The notes: generated by a model not told the origin, from the sequence alone. A stretch of DNA of 64,000 nucleotides from an uncultured Gammaproteobacteria bacterium (GCA_964573695.1 CAZNKB010000004.1:78214-142213); one strand, 5' to 3'. Positions 37,923 to 48,427 are shown, counted from the stretch's first letter. A program made the numbers and translations.

Positions 37923-38445
37923 TATGATCAAAGTCGGTTCGCTTTTGTGGCAATACATGAGTCCTACGCAGCAGCAGCTTGCGTTGGACGGTCAGCTGCT
38001 TATTGAAGACAGGGAGCGGCATCCAAGCGAACATTTGAGTGACTATTCCTATCTGGTATTCCCGTTTGCCAAGCTCTACGAGGGATTTCTCAAAGAGTTG
38101 TTTCGGGATCTGGATATTATTTCCGAGCGGGAGTATATGAGTACTCATTTCCGGCTGGGAAAAGTGTTGAGTCCCAATCTCATCCGCAGGTTGGGAAGCC
38201 GAAGTGCGTACAATATCGTTTCAAAGCGGTATAGCTTGCAGTTGGCAGATACCTTGTGGAATACATGGAAGCAAGGGCGTAACCTTGTATTTCATTACTT
38301 CCCGCACAATTTCAGGAAATTAACGATAGAAGATGCCAAACGGATCATTGACATGATCCTTGTCTCTATGGCCCAAGCGGTGGAGGAGATGCGTCCGCGG
38401 AAGCGTCCGGCAAAAGTCGTGCTTGCAACGAAGAGAATCAGCTAG
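37891..38445 (+). CDS. hypothetical protein
   Basis: 184 aa, no motif recognised. Confidence 0.3.
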   Translation: MLWSRLFLSANMIKVGSLLWQYMSPTQQQLALDGQLLIEDRERHPSEHLSDYSYLVFPFAKLYEGFLKELFRDLDIISEREYMSTHFRLGKVLSPNLIRRLGSRSAYNIVSKRYSLQLADTLWNTWKQGRNLVFHYFPHNFRKLTIEDAKRIIDMILVSMAQAVEEMRPRKRPAKVVLATKRIS

Positions 38446-38460
38446 TATCGTACTAATAGA

Positions 38461-39132
38461 GTGAAAAAAATATCCGTCGTTCCTCCCGTGAGTGTTGTGG
38501 AATCCATGTCGCGTGTGTGGGGTTGGATTGTGCTCGTGTGGGCGCTTTATCGATATTTTTTCCAACTCCCCGAATGGGCCGACGAATTTATTTTTAAACC
38601 TTTGGTATTCGTCCTTCCCGTGCTTTGGTACGTCAGAAAACGCGAAAAGAAGTCGCTGCAAACAATCGGACTTACCACCAAAAATTTGTTTACCAGCATA
38701 TATATCGGGCTAGGATTTGGTTTTGTGTTTGCTATCGAAGGCTTGGCGGCAAATGCAATTAAATACGGCAAGATTGAGATTATGCCGATTGCCGCGTTTG
38801 AGCAATATGGCATGGGAATGTTGATTTTGCTTTCCGCAGCCACCGCGTTTTCTGAGGAGGTGTTGAGCAGGGGATTTGTTTTTTCGAGATTTATGGAGGG
38901 GAAAAAGGGGCTAATGTATTCGGCAACCATGTCCGCTCTCATGTTTGTCGTACTACATATTCCGATATTGGCGTTTTCACTCAAATTACAGGGGTCTGCA
39001 TTATTGCTGTTTTTTGTGACGGATTTTGTTCTGGCGTTTGCCAATGCGCTGCTTCTTTATAACACGGGATCTCTGGTGGCGCCGATCCTTATCCATATAT
39101 TTTGGAATATGACCGTGGCGTTGTATCTCTGA
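38461..39132 (+). CDS. CPBP family intramembrane glutamic endopeptidase (CAAX protease-like)
   Basis: 223 aa; EEVLSRGFVFSRF and HIPIL…HIFWN motifs. Confidence 0.6.
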   Translation: MKKISVVPPVSVVESMSRVWGWIVLVWALYRYFFQLPEWADEFIFKPLVFVLPVLWYVRKREKKSLQTIGLTTKNLFTSIYIGLGFGFVFAIEGLAANAIKYGKIEIMPIAAFEQYGMGMLILLSAATAFSEEVLSRGFVFSRFMEGKKGLMYSATMSALMFVVLHIPILAFSLKLQGSALLLFFVTDFVLAFANALLLYNTGSLVAPILIHIFWNMTVALYL

Positions 39133-39257
39133 CTCGAGAGGACACCTTCGGTTTCCTCTCGACGTGCCGCGCCAGCCAAGCTGGCTGAATACCGGCACTG
39201 CACTTTTTCCGCACTAAAAATACGGGAAGAGGGTCGAGGTTTTGTCTCGAGAGGCGC

Positions 39258-40013
39258 TTATGTGGCGAGCCAGCCACCATCGACATAGAGAGTAGCCCCC
39301 GTTGTATACGCTGCTTCATCCGATGCGAAGTAAACGACGGCTGCCGCGATTTCTTCCGGTGTTCCTATGCGTTTAATAGGGAGGCGCGCAAACATGCCTT
39401 GTTTTTGCTGCTCGGTAATCCCTTGTGTCATTTCGGTTTCAATCGCTCCGGGCCCTATGGCGTTGACAGTAATTCCCATTGGGCCTAATTCTCCCGCTAA
39501 AGCCTCTGTAAGCCCGACAATGCCTCCTTTGCTTGCTACGTAGTGGGAGATCATGGGGTATCCTATGCCGACACCTCCTGAGGCGATAGAAGCGATGTTT
39601 ATGATACGGCCAAATTTATTTTTGGCCATTTCTCGGCCAGCTGCTTGAGCAGCGTAAAAGTAGCCTTTTAAGTTCGTGTCTATTACTTTGTCCCACGCCT
39701 CCTCCTTCATGTCTAGGAACGGGGAGTATTCGAGTACCCCGGCGTTATTTACCAAAATATCCAAACGCCCAAACGCTGATACGGCAGAGGCAACCGCAGA
39801 GTCCACTTCACTGCGTTTCGTGATATCCATTTGTACCGGGAGAGCCTCCTTGCCTCGGGATTTAATTTCTGCAGCAAGCGCCACGAGTTTTTCCATGCGG
39901 CGCGCAGCAAGGACGACTTTTGCTCCCTGGTTGGCTAATGCTATAGCGGTTGACCGACCCATTCCGCTGGATGCTCCAGTCACGAGTGCCACTTTTCCGG
40001 ACAAATCAAACAT
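39258..40013 (-). CDS. SDR family NAD(P)-dependent oxidoreductase
   Basis: 251 aa; TGASSGMGR cofactor motif; catalytic YVASKGG; NNAG. Confidence 0.85.
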   Translation of the reverse strand: MFDLSGKVALVTGASSGMGRSTAIALANQGAKVVLAARRMEKLVALAAEIKSRGKEALPVQMDITKRSEVDSAVASAVSAFGRLDILVNNAGVLEYSPFLDMKEEAWDKVIDTNLKGYFYAAQAAGREMAKNKFGRIINIASIASGGVGIGYPMISHYVASKGGIVGLTEALAGELGPMGITVNAIGPGAIETEMTQGITEQQKQGMFARLPIKRIGTPEEIAAAVVYFASDEAAYTTGATLYVDGGWLAT

Positions 40014-40034
40014 ATAGCCCTCCTTATAAGCTGC

Positions 40035-40538
40035 TTACTTTTGTAGTGTATGACTTTTGAGGAGCAATAGGAAGATAACGACCATATTGACCGCGGAGAG
40101 CGCACACCAGGTGCAGATACCCTTGATGACAAAAATTTCCGTATACGTAAACCACGATACGAATACCACCCCGAATGTCGCCATGCCGAGCATTCCCTTG
40201 AGCATCCAGGACTTATGGTGCGATGTGCGTAAAAATGCAAGAGTGGCAAGGATTGTGTATCCCACTAGCCCTACAGCAGGGACGGGGATGACGCCAAAAA
40301 GATAGCTCGCCGGATTTTTGCGTACCAATTCGCAGCCGCTTGTGACACATACGATTCCCGTTTTTCGGATGAAACTCTGGAGGACGTAAATCGCCATGGC
40401 GATACCGATTAACGAGAGTATGAAGATGATTCGGTTGAGATTGCGTGATTTGTCTTCTGTGGCTGATTTCGACATACAAATAGTATACATAAATTCCAAA
40501 ATATTTATGTGAGGTATCATACACACGAATTGTGACAT
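40035..40538 (-). CDS. Vitamin K epoxide reductase (VKOR) family protein (DsbB functional analogue)
   Basis: 167 aa; loop cysteines and CxxC active site in TM helix (…ICTWCALSAV…). Confidence 0.6.
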   Translation of the reverse strand: MSQFVCMIPHINILEFMYTICMSKSATEDKSRNLNRIIFILSLIGIAMAIYVLQSFIRKTGIVCVTSGCELVRKNPASYLFGVIPVPAVGLVGYTILATLAFLRTSHHKSWMLKGMLGMATFGVVFVSWFTYTEIFVIKGICTWCALSAVNMVVIFLLLLKSHTLQK

Positions 40539-40562
40539 GAAGATGTATACTCATTGTAAGGT

Positions 40563-41222
40563 ATGGCAAAAGCGGATCCTGAAGCGGTCAAAAATATCGA
40601 GGCGTTTTTTGTGCGCCACCAGTCGATGACCTACAAAAAAGGAGAGCTCATCTTGCGAGCTGAAGACGCGCCGTTTGGCGTTTACTACCTCCAGAGCGGG
40701 TACGTCCGGCAGTATTTACTTTCACCTTCGGGTGAGACGTTTATCGTTCATATTTATAAGCCCGGATCGTTTTTCCCGCTTACGTGGATATTAAACGATA
40801 CTCCTAATGTCTATCATTTTGAAGCAATGACGCCGGTGAGCGTCGTGCGGGCGCCAAAAGATGCGTTCGTGGAGTTTTTGAAGGCTCATCCTGAGGTATT
40901 GTTTTACGCAACTCAGCGATTGGCATTGGGGCTTGCCGGATTTGTAAGTCGCGTTGCTCAGTTGGTGCTTGATGACGCATATACAAAAACCATTCTTCTT
41001 ATTCTCTATTACGCCGACAACTTCGGAGAGAAAACCAAGGAGGGGATTGCGCTTAACATTCCCCTCACGCATCGGGAAATTGCATCATGGATCGGTACCA
41101 CCCGGGAAACAGCAAGCTTACAGGTGGAAACACTGGTAAAAAAAGGATTACTTTTTACCCGCGGCAGGCTGCTTATCGTTCGTGATTGTACACAGCTTCA
41201 GAAAGAGATAAACCGGAATTGA
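40563..41222 (+). CDS. Crp/Fnr family transcriptional regulator
   Basis: 219 aa; cNMP-binding beta-roll then C-terminal HTH REIASWIGTTRETASLQV. Confidence 0.75.
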   Translation: MAKADPEAVKNIEAFFVRHQSMTYKKGELILRAEDAPFGVYYLQSGYVRQYLLSPSGETFIVHIYKPGSFFPLTWILNDTPNVYHFEAMTPVSVVRAPKDAFVEFLKAHPEVLFYATQRLALGLAGFVSRVAQLVLDDAYTKTILLILYYADNFGEKTKEGIALNIPLTHREIASWIGTTRETASLQVETLVKKGLLFTRGRLLIVRDCTQLQKEINRN

Positions 41223-41230
41223 TTTTGTCT

Positions 41231-42424
41231 TTATGCTCCGCAACTGCCTCCGGTTGTCGGGCGGTTGGGAAGAGGGCCGACTTTTTTCGAGATTTCACCC
41301 GCGCCCTTTCCGCTGGAGAATTTTTCTCCTAGCACTTCTTTGGCGTTAACGTTGTTCCATGAAGTGCCCGATCGGGCAAAATATGTGGCAACCGTAAGAT
41401 AACTGTCCGGGAACCAGAAGCTATTAAAGCCCAGCACGTACCGGTATATATCGGTTTCCGGAATGTTGGCAGACACCAGAAGTTCTATGACTGCAAGTGC
41501 TGCCATGCCGTGATTACAATCCGGAAACCATGTAGAGTTTCCGCAGCACGGACGGTACACGTTTTTGGCGATTTCACCAACCTTCATCTGCTGGTCGGCT
41601 GTCAACGAGATAAAGTCAAATTTATTCAGATAATTAACAGCGTTTCCTTCGGATAAGCTCCAGCCACCTGTGGATGCGAAGTCTCCTTGTTGATTCGCAT
41701 ATTCTTTCCCTAATGGTCCGTCCGTATAGACGATGCTTTTTTGTGCTAATCCGAGCGCCCATAATACGTCAACTACGAACTGACTATTAGCAGCATTAAT
41801 GTTTATGTTGTCCTCTGAACCCTCCGTCAATATTTTGATCTGCTCGGGCGTCATGGATACAACTTTTTTAAATTCAGGATAATTGATAACACCGGCCCGC
41901 GTGAGCTTTTGTCCAATATCTTTCCAGGCGACAGGAAGTGTAATTCCGTCTTTCGGCAGAACTGATGCTTCAAGCGTGGAAAGGTTCAGAATTTTTCCGC
42001 CGGATTTTTCCCATTGTTCCATACCGCCGGAAAGATGTTTTACGTTCGTGTAGCCAAGCTTTCGGATTGTCAGCAGCGCTTCTTCGCTCATTCTGCCGGA
42101 TTTGCAGTAGAGGACAATAGGGGCATTCTTATCTTTCGGCAGCGCACTGCTTTGTTCAACGATTTTGTCGAACGCAATGATTGCGTTTGTCCGTTCGATT
42201 TCTCCTTCATACGGGGTATGAACGTTTATCAGCGTCGTATTTCCCTTTGCTATCATGTTTTTCAACTGACGAACTGACACCGTATCTCCAGCGGAGAGGA
42301 GCTCCGTTTGATTGCGTCCCAATAAGAATCCCAGCAGTAAGACACCTGTGACAAAAAGAAACACATATATTTTTCCCAATGAAGCGGGAGGTGTTTTGGG
42401 TAGCCGGAAAAGAAGTTTTTTCAT
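41231..42424 (-). CDS. Rhodanese-domain protein with Cys-rich C-terminal domain of unknown function, N-terminal TM
   Basis: 397 aa; rhodanese active-site loop LYCKSGRMS; C-terminal RPCCGNSTWFPDCNHGM. Confidence 0.55.
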   Translation of the reverse strand: MKKLLFRLPKTPPASLGKIYVFLFVTGVLLLGFLLGRNQTELLSAGDTVSVRQLKNMIAKGNTTLINVHTPYEGEIERTNAIIAFDKIVEQSSALPKDKNAPIVLYCKSGRMSEEALLTIRKLGYTNVKHLSGGMEQWEKSGGKILNLSTLEASVLPKDGITLPVAWKDIGQKLTRAGVINYPEFKKVVSMTPEQIKILTEGSEDNININAANSQFVVDVLWALGLAQKSIVYTDGPLGKEYANQQGDFASTGGWSLSEGNAVNYLNKFDFISLTADQQMKVGEIAKNVYRPCCGNSTWFPDCNHGMAALAVIELLVSANIPETDIYRYVLGFNSFWFPDSYLTVATYFARSGTSWNNVNAKEVLGEKFSSGKGAGEISKKVGPLPNRPTTGGSCGA

Positions 42425-43257
42425 GAATGTTTCCTTTCTTTTTGAATCAGGATTGCTATCGTTATAACGAGCAGCGCGCCAAAGAAATATTCACCATAGG
42501 GGAGTGAGCGTATATAGCGCGCGACGCCCCAGAATACCCCCAAACTGGTTTCCAGCGGTTGCGCCATGCCCATGGTAATGCGCCCCGTCAGCGCCAGAAC
42601 GCTAAACAGAATACCAACGAGTATATAAAGAATGCCGGCGATATAATCGGTTAACAGAATTGATTTTCCAAGTGCTTTGATCGTTTTAGTGCGAATTAGG
42701 GGAAGTGTCGTCCAATTTACTTTTTCTAACATAAGTGCTAATACGACAAGGGGGGTCACCATGCCGAAGACATATGAGAGTCCGGCAAGGCCGGCCCAGA
42801 GCATATTTATAGAGAGGAAGCTTATGGTGAGTACGCCTGCCAGAACCGGCGTACAGCATGAGGTCGTGATACCTGAAAAGATCCCGAGTACATATACAGA
42901 CCACGGATCGTGACGTTTGTTAAGATCAATGGTCAGATGAATCATAGGGAGCGTTATTTTCCGCCCGGTAATTTCCATAACGCCCAGCAACATCATAAAC
43001 AGTCCGCCGACGACATACGTTTGTGTGTGATAGCCCAAAAAAAGATCGCCGACGGCGCGTATTCCCAGAGCTACGGGAACTAATACAGTGGAGATACCGA
43101 GTCCGAAAATGAGCGTCATCCATACGACCCGGCCTTTTTCGCGAAAAATATTCGCCAAGTAAGAGGGCAGCAGAAACGTAATACAGCATGGCGCAAACAG
43201 CGCCACCATGCCGCCAAAGAATGCAGTAATAAGAGAAACACCAGTTACGAGGGTCAT
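42421..43257 (-). CDS. CcdA/DsbD-like thiol-disulfide transporter membrane protein (putative)
   Basis: 278 aa polytopic; paired cysteines in TM1 (FAPCCITFLLP) and TM4 (TSCCTPVLAGV). Confidence 0.4.
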   Translation of the reverse strand: MTLVTGVSLITAFFGGMVALFAPCCITFLLPSYLANIFREKGRVVWMTLIFGLGISTVLVPVALGIRAVGDLFLGYHTQTYVVGGLFMMLLGVMEITGRKITLPMIHLTIDLNKRHDPWSVYVLGIFSGITTSCCTPVLAGVLTISFLSINMLWAGLAGLSYVFGMVTPLVVLALMLEKVNWTTLPLIRTKTIKALGKSILLTDYIAGILYILVGILFSVLALTGRITMGMAQPLETSLGVFWGVARYIRSLPYGEYFFGALLVITIAILIQKERKHS

Positions 43258-43751
43258 AACACGTTTGCGTTTATTGATAGTTCAACTTCAGGATTTTTGG
43301 GGTCATTTGTGGAGAATCGAATTTGCCGGGATACTACGCCCAATACAGGCATAATTTTCGGGCGGTATATTGCCTTGAGTGTCGCGGTTTGACTGGCAGG
43401 TACTTCACCAATCCAATTTTTCATGGCGCTATTCATGTGTGTCGGCATATTGAATTCTCCCGTTTCAGATCCTCCAATCGTGACAGTTGCGTACGTGCAG
43501 TTGCATGATGTGGAAACTCCCCAAATCCGTAATGTTGTATCACTGGTATTTGTTATCGTAAACGTAGCTGTTTTGTCTTCGCTTACCTTCATAGAGCCGA
43601 AGTCTTCCTCTTTTTTGTCGATAGTCATAGAGGCAATTCCCATATTTTCCCGATTGGGAGCATTATCACGGCTTAATGTTACCGCCGCCCCAACGATGAT
43701 AAGAACGCTTACGATAATCGCCCCGAAAATAAATTTAGAATCAGAATTCAT
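43254..43751 (-). CDS. DUF1573-like secreted/membrane-anchored protein
   Basis: 165 aa; N-terminal [24 protein letters not shown] beta-rich domain. Confidence 0.4.
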   Translation of the reverse strand: MNSDSKFIFGAIIVSVLIIVGAAVTLSRDNAPNRENMGIASMTIDKKEEDFGSMKVSEDKTATFTITNTSDTTLRIWGVSTSCNCTYATVTIGGSETGEFNMPTHMNSAMKNWIGEVPASQTATLKAIYRPKIMPVLGVVSRQIRFSTNDPKNPEVELSINANVL

Positions 43752-45988
43752 ATTTTTGCCCCTTTAAGCCGGAGAGAATTACCCACAACGGAAATGCTGC
43801 TTGCTGCCATGGCAAACGCGGCAATGGCAGGGTTTAATAACCAGCCGGTAAACGGGTAGAGAATGCCGGAGGAAACCGGAATAAGGATGACGTTGTATGC
43901 GAATGCCCAGAAGAGGTTTTGTTTGATAATAGTAAGAGTCGTTTTTGATAGTTTTATTGCGGAAACGACGCTTCCCAAGTCTTTGTTCAGTAATGTGATT
44001 CCGGCTGATTCTATCGCGACATCAGTTCCGGTTCCCATGGCAATTCCGACATCAGCTCCGGCAAGCGCAGGTGCGTCATTGATGCCATCGCCGGCAAATG
44101 CGACAGCGGCGTGTTTTAGACTCTTGAGTTGCGTAATTTTTTCCGCTTTTTGTTGCGGAAGCACGCCGGCTAGCACGTTGGTAATTCCCGCTGTTTTTGC
44201 GACAGCTCTTGCTGTGCGTTCGTTGTCCCCGGTGATCATCCAGACGGTAATTCCAAGACGGATAAGCGCATTGACGGTATGTTTGGCGCTGGGTTTGAGC
44301 GTATCGGCAACGGCGATAAGCCCTAATAAATTTTTCCCTGCAGACAGCAGCATGACCGTCTTTCCTTCTTTTTCGAGAGAGCTCATTTTTTTCTCGGCTG
44401 AGCCCACGGAAATACCCTGAGACTCCATAAGCGTTCTGTTTCCGAGGTAGTAGGGTGTTTGATTGATACTGCCGGTAATGCCGCGGCCGGCAATAGCGCG
44501 AAATTTTATCACGCTGCTTGCGGTGATTGCATGGTCTTTGGCGTATGCAATAATTGCTTCTCCCAAGGAATGTTCAGAGCCTTTTTCAAGAGACGACGCG
44601 ATGCGGAGAATGTCGTTCTTCTGGTTTTTGCCTAACGGAATAATGTCGGTGACTACTGGTTTCCCGATAGTAAGCGTGCCGGTTTTATCAAAAACAATAG
44701 TGTTGATCTTGTGCGCTGTTTCCAGGCTGGACGCGTCTTTTATGAGTATACCGCGTTCTGCTCCCTTGCCCGTGCCGACCATGATTGCCGTGGGCGTTGC
44801 GAGCCCCAGCGCACAGGGGCAGGCGATAATAAGAACGGCAATCATATTGACGAATCCGGCAACGGGAAGACCAAAGTCGTACCAAACGACAAACGTCGCG
44901 ACAGCAAGCATAAGGACGACGGGAACAAAGTATCCGCTCACCACATCGGCAAGCCGTTGGATAGGAGCCCTTGTGCTTTGCGCTTCTGAAACCAACTTCA
45001 CGATTTGAGAGAGCATAGTGTCGGAGCCCACCTTCATGGCGACAAAAAGAAACGTGCCTGTTTTATTTATAGTAGAGCCGATAACCAAATCACCCGCGTT
45101 TTTATCGACCGGGATAGATTCGCCCGTGACCATGGATTCGTCTATCGAGCTCGTGCCGCTGGTTATTTTCCCGTCGACGGGAATTTTTTCTCCCGGACGG
45201 ACACGAATATTGTCGCCCACCTTTACCTCATTTATGGGAATATCGATTTCTTTGCCGTTTCTTATGACTCGGGCAGTTTTGGCTTGCAAGTGAAGAAGTT
45301 TTTTGATCGCGTCGCTGGTATGGGCTTTGGCTTGGGCCTCAAAGAGTCTTCCTAATAGTATAAGTGTGATAATGACCGCGGCCGTGTCATAGTACATAAC
45401 CATGGGGAAACCGAGAGTGTTCAGTTGTGTACCAAATACCGTTGTCATGAGAGAAAAGCCATATGCCGCAGTCGTGCCGACGGCAATCAACGTGTCCATG
45501 CTCGCGGCTCTGTTTCGGAGCCCCGACCAGGTTGCCTGATAGAAACTTTTGCCTGCCCAAAATTGTACCGGTGTTGATAATGCAAGCAGTACCATGGGGT
45601 TACTCAAGAGTTTATAGAATGGCGCTATGGCTGAAAAAACGCCGGTAAACCATTCGGGGAAGCTTCCCAGCAGTATGAGTACGCTTAGCACTCCTGATAC
45701 GATCACCTTTGTTTTGAGGTCTGCTAGCTCTGCTTTTTTTGCAGCCTCTTTTATGTCTTCGGGTTTTTCCTGGTTAGTTGTCGATATTGCTGCCTTGTAT
45801 CCGGCTGATTCTACTGAGGCCGCTATAGATTCTAACGTGCAGGAGGTGGGATCAAATTCTATGGCGGCTGATTCACTTCCATAATTGACGGACGCATCGG
45901 TAACACCCGGCGTTTTTTTGAGCTGTCGCTCAATAAGCCGGGCACAGCTAGCGCAATGCATGCCAATAACAGGAAATGAGGTTTTCAT
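43748..45988 (-). CDS. copA: Copper-translocating P1B-type ATPase
   Basis: N-terminal [15 protein letters not shown]; CPC ion motif ([11 protein letters not shown]); DKTGTLT phosphorylation site; [10 protein letters not shown]; start taken at internal ATG 45988 (ORF track 46027). Confidence 0.9.
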   Translation of the reverse strand: MKTSFPVIGMHCASCARLIERQLKKTPGVTDASVNYGSESAAIEFDPTSCTLESIAASVESAGYKAAISTTNQEKPEDIKEAAKKAELADLKTKVIVSGVLSVLILLGSFPEWFTGVFSAIAPFYKLLSNPMVLLALSTPVQFWAGKSFYQATWSGLRNRAASMDTLIAVGTTAAYGFSLMTTVFGTQLNTLGFPMVMYYDTAAVIITLILLGRLFEAQAKAHTSDAIKKLLHLQAKTARVIRNGKEIDIPINEVKVGDNIRVRPGEKIPVDGKITSGTSSIDESMVTGESIPVDKNAGDLVIGSTINKTGTFLFVAMKVGSDTMLSQIVKLVSEAQSTRAPIQRLADVVSGYFVPVVLMLAVATFVVWYDFGLPVAGFVNMIAVLIIACPCALGLATPTAIMVGTGKGAERGILIKDASSLETAHKINTIVFDKTGTLTIGKPVVTDIIPLGKNQKNDILRIASSLEKGSEHSLGEAIIAYAKDHAITASSVIKFRAIAGRGITGSINQTPYYLGNRTLMESQGISVGSAEKKMSSLEKEGKTVMLLSAGKNLLGLIAVADTLKPSAKHTVNALIRLGITVWMITGDNERTARAVAKTAGITNVLAGVLPQQKAEKITQLKSLKHAAVAFAGDGINDAPALAGADVGIAMGTGTDVAIESAGITLLNKDLGSVVSAIKLSKTTLTIIKQNLFWAFAYNVILIPVSSGILYPFTGWLLNPAIAAFAMAASSISVVGNSLRLKGAKI

Positions 45989-46347
45989 ATGACAATAATT
46001 TTTCCGTGAAACATGCTCATACCACAATGCATATCGTAAGTTCCTGCTTTGACAGGGGAGAGTGTTATGGTGACGGGTGTATTGAGAGGAAGAAATCTTT
46101 TTATTTTGAAATCGCTAACGAGAATTTCTTCTAGGCAACTATTGGGATCCGTCCGGGTGAGCGTGATTGTGGATTTTTTGTTGGCGGGCACAACAATGGT
46201 GTTTGGTTTGTAGCCACCGTCTACGAGGATATCCCATTTTTCCTTGGCGGAGCCATATCCGGATTCAGCAGATCTGTTTCCGAAAAAAAACCAGTAAATT
46301 CCGCCGATACCCAATATCCCAAGAAGCGTGACAAGAAATTTATCCAT
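45985..46347 (-). CDS. Cupredoxin-like domain protein, membrane anchored
   Basis: 120 aa; N-terminal TM; C-terminal [16 protein letters not shown] motif (Cys/His/Met copper ligands) typical of Cupredoxin_1-like domains; 4-nt overlap with copA. Confidence 0.5.
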   Translation of the reverse strand: MDKFLVTLLGILGIGGIYWFFFGNRSAESGYGSAKEKWDILVDGGYKPNTIVVPANKKSTITLTRTDPNSCLEEILVSDFKIKRFLPLNTPVTITLSPVKAGTYDMHCGMSMFHGKIIVI

Positions 46348-46624
46348 GTTGTTTCTCCATGACCTTCATGACTTCTGCTATGACTTCCTCGGTGTTGCCT
46401 TTGCGGATTTCTTCGGCGACGCACGTTTCCATGTGGTTTCGTAAGATTTCCTGGTCAGTGCTGCGTAGTGCCGCCTGTACTGCTAATGATTGGTGAATGA
46501 CATCAACACAGTAGTTGCCTTGTTCCATCATTCGGATAACTTTGTCTAAATGACCGCGTGCTATCTTCATGCGGTGAAGGATTTTATTCTGAATTGATTG
46601 ATGTCGCGGTATTCCTTTTGGCAT
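46340..46624 (-). CDS. csoR: CsoR/RcnR family metal-sensing transcriptional repressor
   Basis: 94 aa; KILHRMKIARGHLDKVIRMMEQGNYCVDVIHQSLAVQAAL (conserved Cys/His copper ligands). Confidence 0.8.
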   Translation of the reverse strand: MPKGIPRHQSIQNKILHRMKIARGHLDKVIRMMEQGNYCVDVIHQSLAVQAALRSTDQEILRNHMETCVAEEIRKGNTEEVIAEVMKVMEKQHG

Positions 46625-46665
46625 ATAAATCCTCCTTGACCCCGATAAAGTCGGGGTTGACTTAT

Positions 46666-46682
46666 ATCCCCCCTATGGGGAT
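46666..46682. promoter_or_regulatory. CsoR operator-like GC-rich palindrome within divergent promoter
   Basis: ATCCCCCCTATGGGGAT inverted repeat between TTGACT (-35-like, 46657-46662) and TAGAAT (-10-like, 46682-46687). Confidence 0.5.
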
Positions 46683-46709
46683 AGAATCATCCTATCATGT
46701 TTTTGCGGA

Positions 46710-47750
46710 TTGTCAATTCTTTTGGTACACTTACTTAACTTTATGCCAAATCTTTGGATCATATTTACAACGGGACTGATCGCCGGGGGACTGACCTGTA
46801 TGGCCGTGCAGGGAGGAATACTGACCACTGCACTTACACGAGAGGAAGAGGCGGATCCGAAGGGTTCTCGGGTGGTAGGCGTGACGGCGTTTCTTATGGC
46901 CAAACTCCTTTCTCATGCGATCCTTGGGGCTCTTCTGGGGTGGTTGGGGTCATTCATCGCGCTCTCACCCAGAACTCAGGCAATCGGAATCGGGCTTGTC
47001 TCCCTGTTTATGATCGGAACCGCACTGTCATTTCTCGATATCCACCCTATTTTCCGATACTTCGTCATACAGCCTCCACGAATGCTCACGCGTTATATTC
47101 GCGGAACCGCGAAGGGGGGTAGTTGGTACGCACCGGTACTCATCGGATTGCTTTCTATCTTTATTCCCTGCGGGACGACGCAGGCGATGATGGTGTTGGC
47201 CGCAAGCACGGGGAGTCCTTTATGGGGAATGGCGGTACTGGGAGTTTTCGTTTTGGGAACGGCCCCGCTTTTCTTTCTTTTGGGAATTTCTATTGATGTG
47301 ATCAAAGCAACGCTGAAAGAAAAATTCGGTGTGGTAGCATCTGTACTCGTTATGTCGCTTGCGCTTATTAACCTAAATGCCGCGCTTACGCTCTACGGAT
47401 CACGAGTAAATTTGTGGTCGTTGCCGCGTGCTTTGTTTTGTGCGGTGACATTTTGTACCCCGCTAGAGGGTAATCTGGATGCGACGACGACGCCAACGAT
47501 CACCTTTTGGCTCAATGGATATAAAATTGATAACCCTGTTATTCCTAAAGGGGAATCGATTACTCTAACGCTCACAAACACGGCAGGGCAAGGGTGCGTT
47601 CAGGCGTTTACCATTCCGGCACTCGATATTCAGGAGGTAGTGCCTGTCGGGATAACCAAGACGCTCACCTTTACCGCCCCAGACAGGAGCGGAGAGTTAG
47701 CGTTTAGTTGTAGTATGGGTATGTACGGAGGAAAATTTATTGTGCGTTAA
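46710..47750 (+). CDS. Polytopic membrane protein (TauE/CcdA-like, Cys-containing TMs) fused to C-terminal cupredoxin-like domain
   Basis: 346 aa; TM cysteines (GLTCMAV, IFIPCGTTQ); C-terminal FSCSMGMYGGKFIV paralogous to 45985-46347 product. Confidence 0.45.
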   Translation: MSILLVHLLNFMPNLWIIFTTGLIAGGLTCMAVQGGILTTALTREEEADPKGSRVVGVTAFLMAKLLSHAILGALLGWLGSFIALSPRTQAIGIGLVSLFMIGTALSFLDIHPIFRYFVIQPPRMLTRYIRGTAKGGSWYAPVLIGLLSIFIPCGTTQAMMVLAASTGSPLWGMAVLGVFVLGTAPLFFLLGISIDVIKATLKEKFGVVASVLVMSLALINLNAALTLYGSRVNLWSLPRALFCAVTFCTPLEGNLDATTTPTITFWLNGYKIDNPVIPKGESITLTLTNTAGQGCVQAFTIPALDIQEVVPVGITKTLTFTAPDRSGELAFSCSMGMYGGKFIVR

Positions 47751-47762
47751 CACTATTTTGAT

Positions 47763-47972
47763 ATGAAAACAAAAAAGACATATAAAATAGTAGGCATGCA
47801 TTGTTCAAGTTGTGCCATGCTTATTGAAGGGGAGTTGGAGGACAGGGGTATCACCGGGCGGTGTAGTTATATCAAGCAAGTCGTTGAGGTGGAAGCCGCG
47901 GATACGGGGAAAATCGATGCGGTAGTAAAGGAAGCCGTTGAAGCGGCGGGATATCACGTGAGCGGGACATAA
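47763..47972 (+). CDS. copZ: Heavy-metal-associated (HMA) domain copper chaperone
   Basis: 69 aa; GMHCSSCAMLIEGEL (MxCxxC). Confidence 0.8.
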   Translation: MKTKKTYKIVGMHCSSCAMLIEGELEDRGITGRCSYIKQVVEVEAADTGKIDAVVKEAVEAAGYHVSGT

Positions 47973-48074
47973 ATTTCGGGTACCTATATAATTTGGAGCG
48001 TAATAACAGCACAAAAACATTGGGGTTTACAGGTAAGTAGCGGGTGGTATACTAAAAATCCTTAAAAACTGTTT

Positions 48075-48410
48075 TTGTGCGAAGGAGGCATTATGGCAGA
48101 TGTAACAGATCAGACGTTCGAGACAGACGTGCTAAAATCGGCTACTCCCGTGCTCGTGGATTTTTGGGCTGTTTGGTGCGGACCGTGTCAGGTGCAGGGG
48201 CCTATCGTTGAGGAGGTGGCGACAGCGCTGGGGGATAAGGCAAAAGTACTTAAGCTCAATGTTGATGAAAATCCCATGTACGCACAGAAATTTGGGATTA
48301 TGAGCATCCCGACGCTCATGATTTTCAATAACGGTTCTGTCGTGAAGCAATTTGTCGGTGTCACCAGTAAAGAATCGCTGGTCGGGGAGTTGAACAAGCT
48401 CATTTCGTAA
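48075..48410 (+). CDS. trxA: Thioredoxin
   Basis: 111 aa; WCGPC active site. Confidence 0.9.
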   Translation: MCEGGIMADVTDQTFETDVLKSATPVLVDFWAVWCGPCQVQGPIVEEVATALGDKAKVLKLNVDENPMYAQKFGIMSIPTLMIFNNGSVVKQFVGVTSKESLVGELNKLIS

Positions 48411-48427
48411 CATCCACTTACACACGC

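Noticed and set aside
40539-40562. Possible Crp/Fnr box (TGTGA…) in VKOR/crp divergent region
   Set aside because: No convincing TGTGA-N6-TCACA or TTGAT-N4-ATCAA palindrome; only a half-site.
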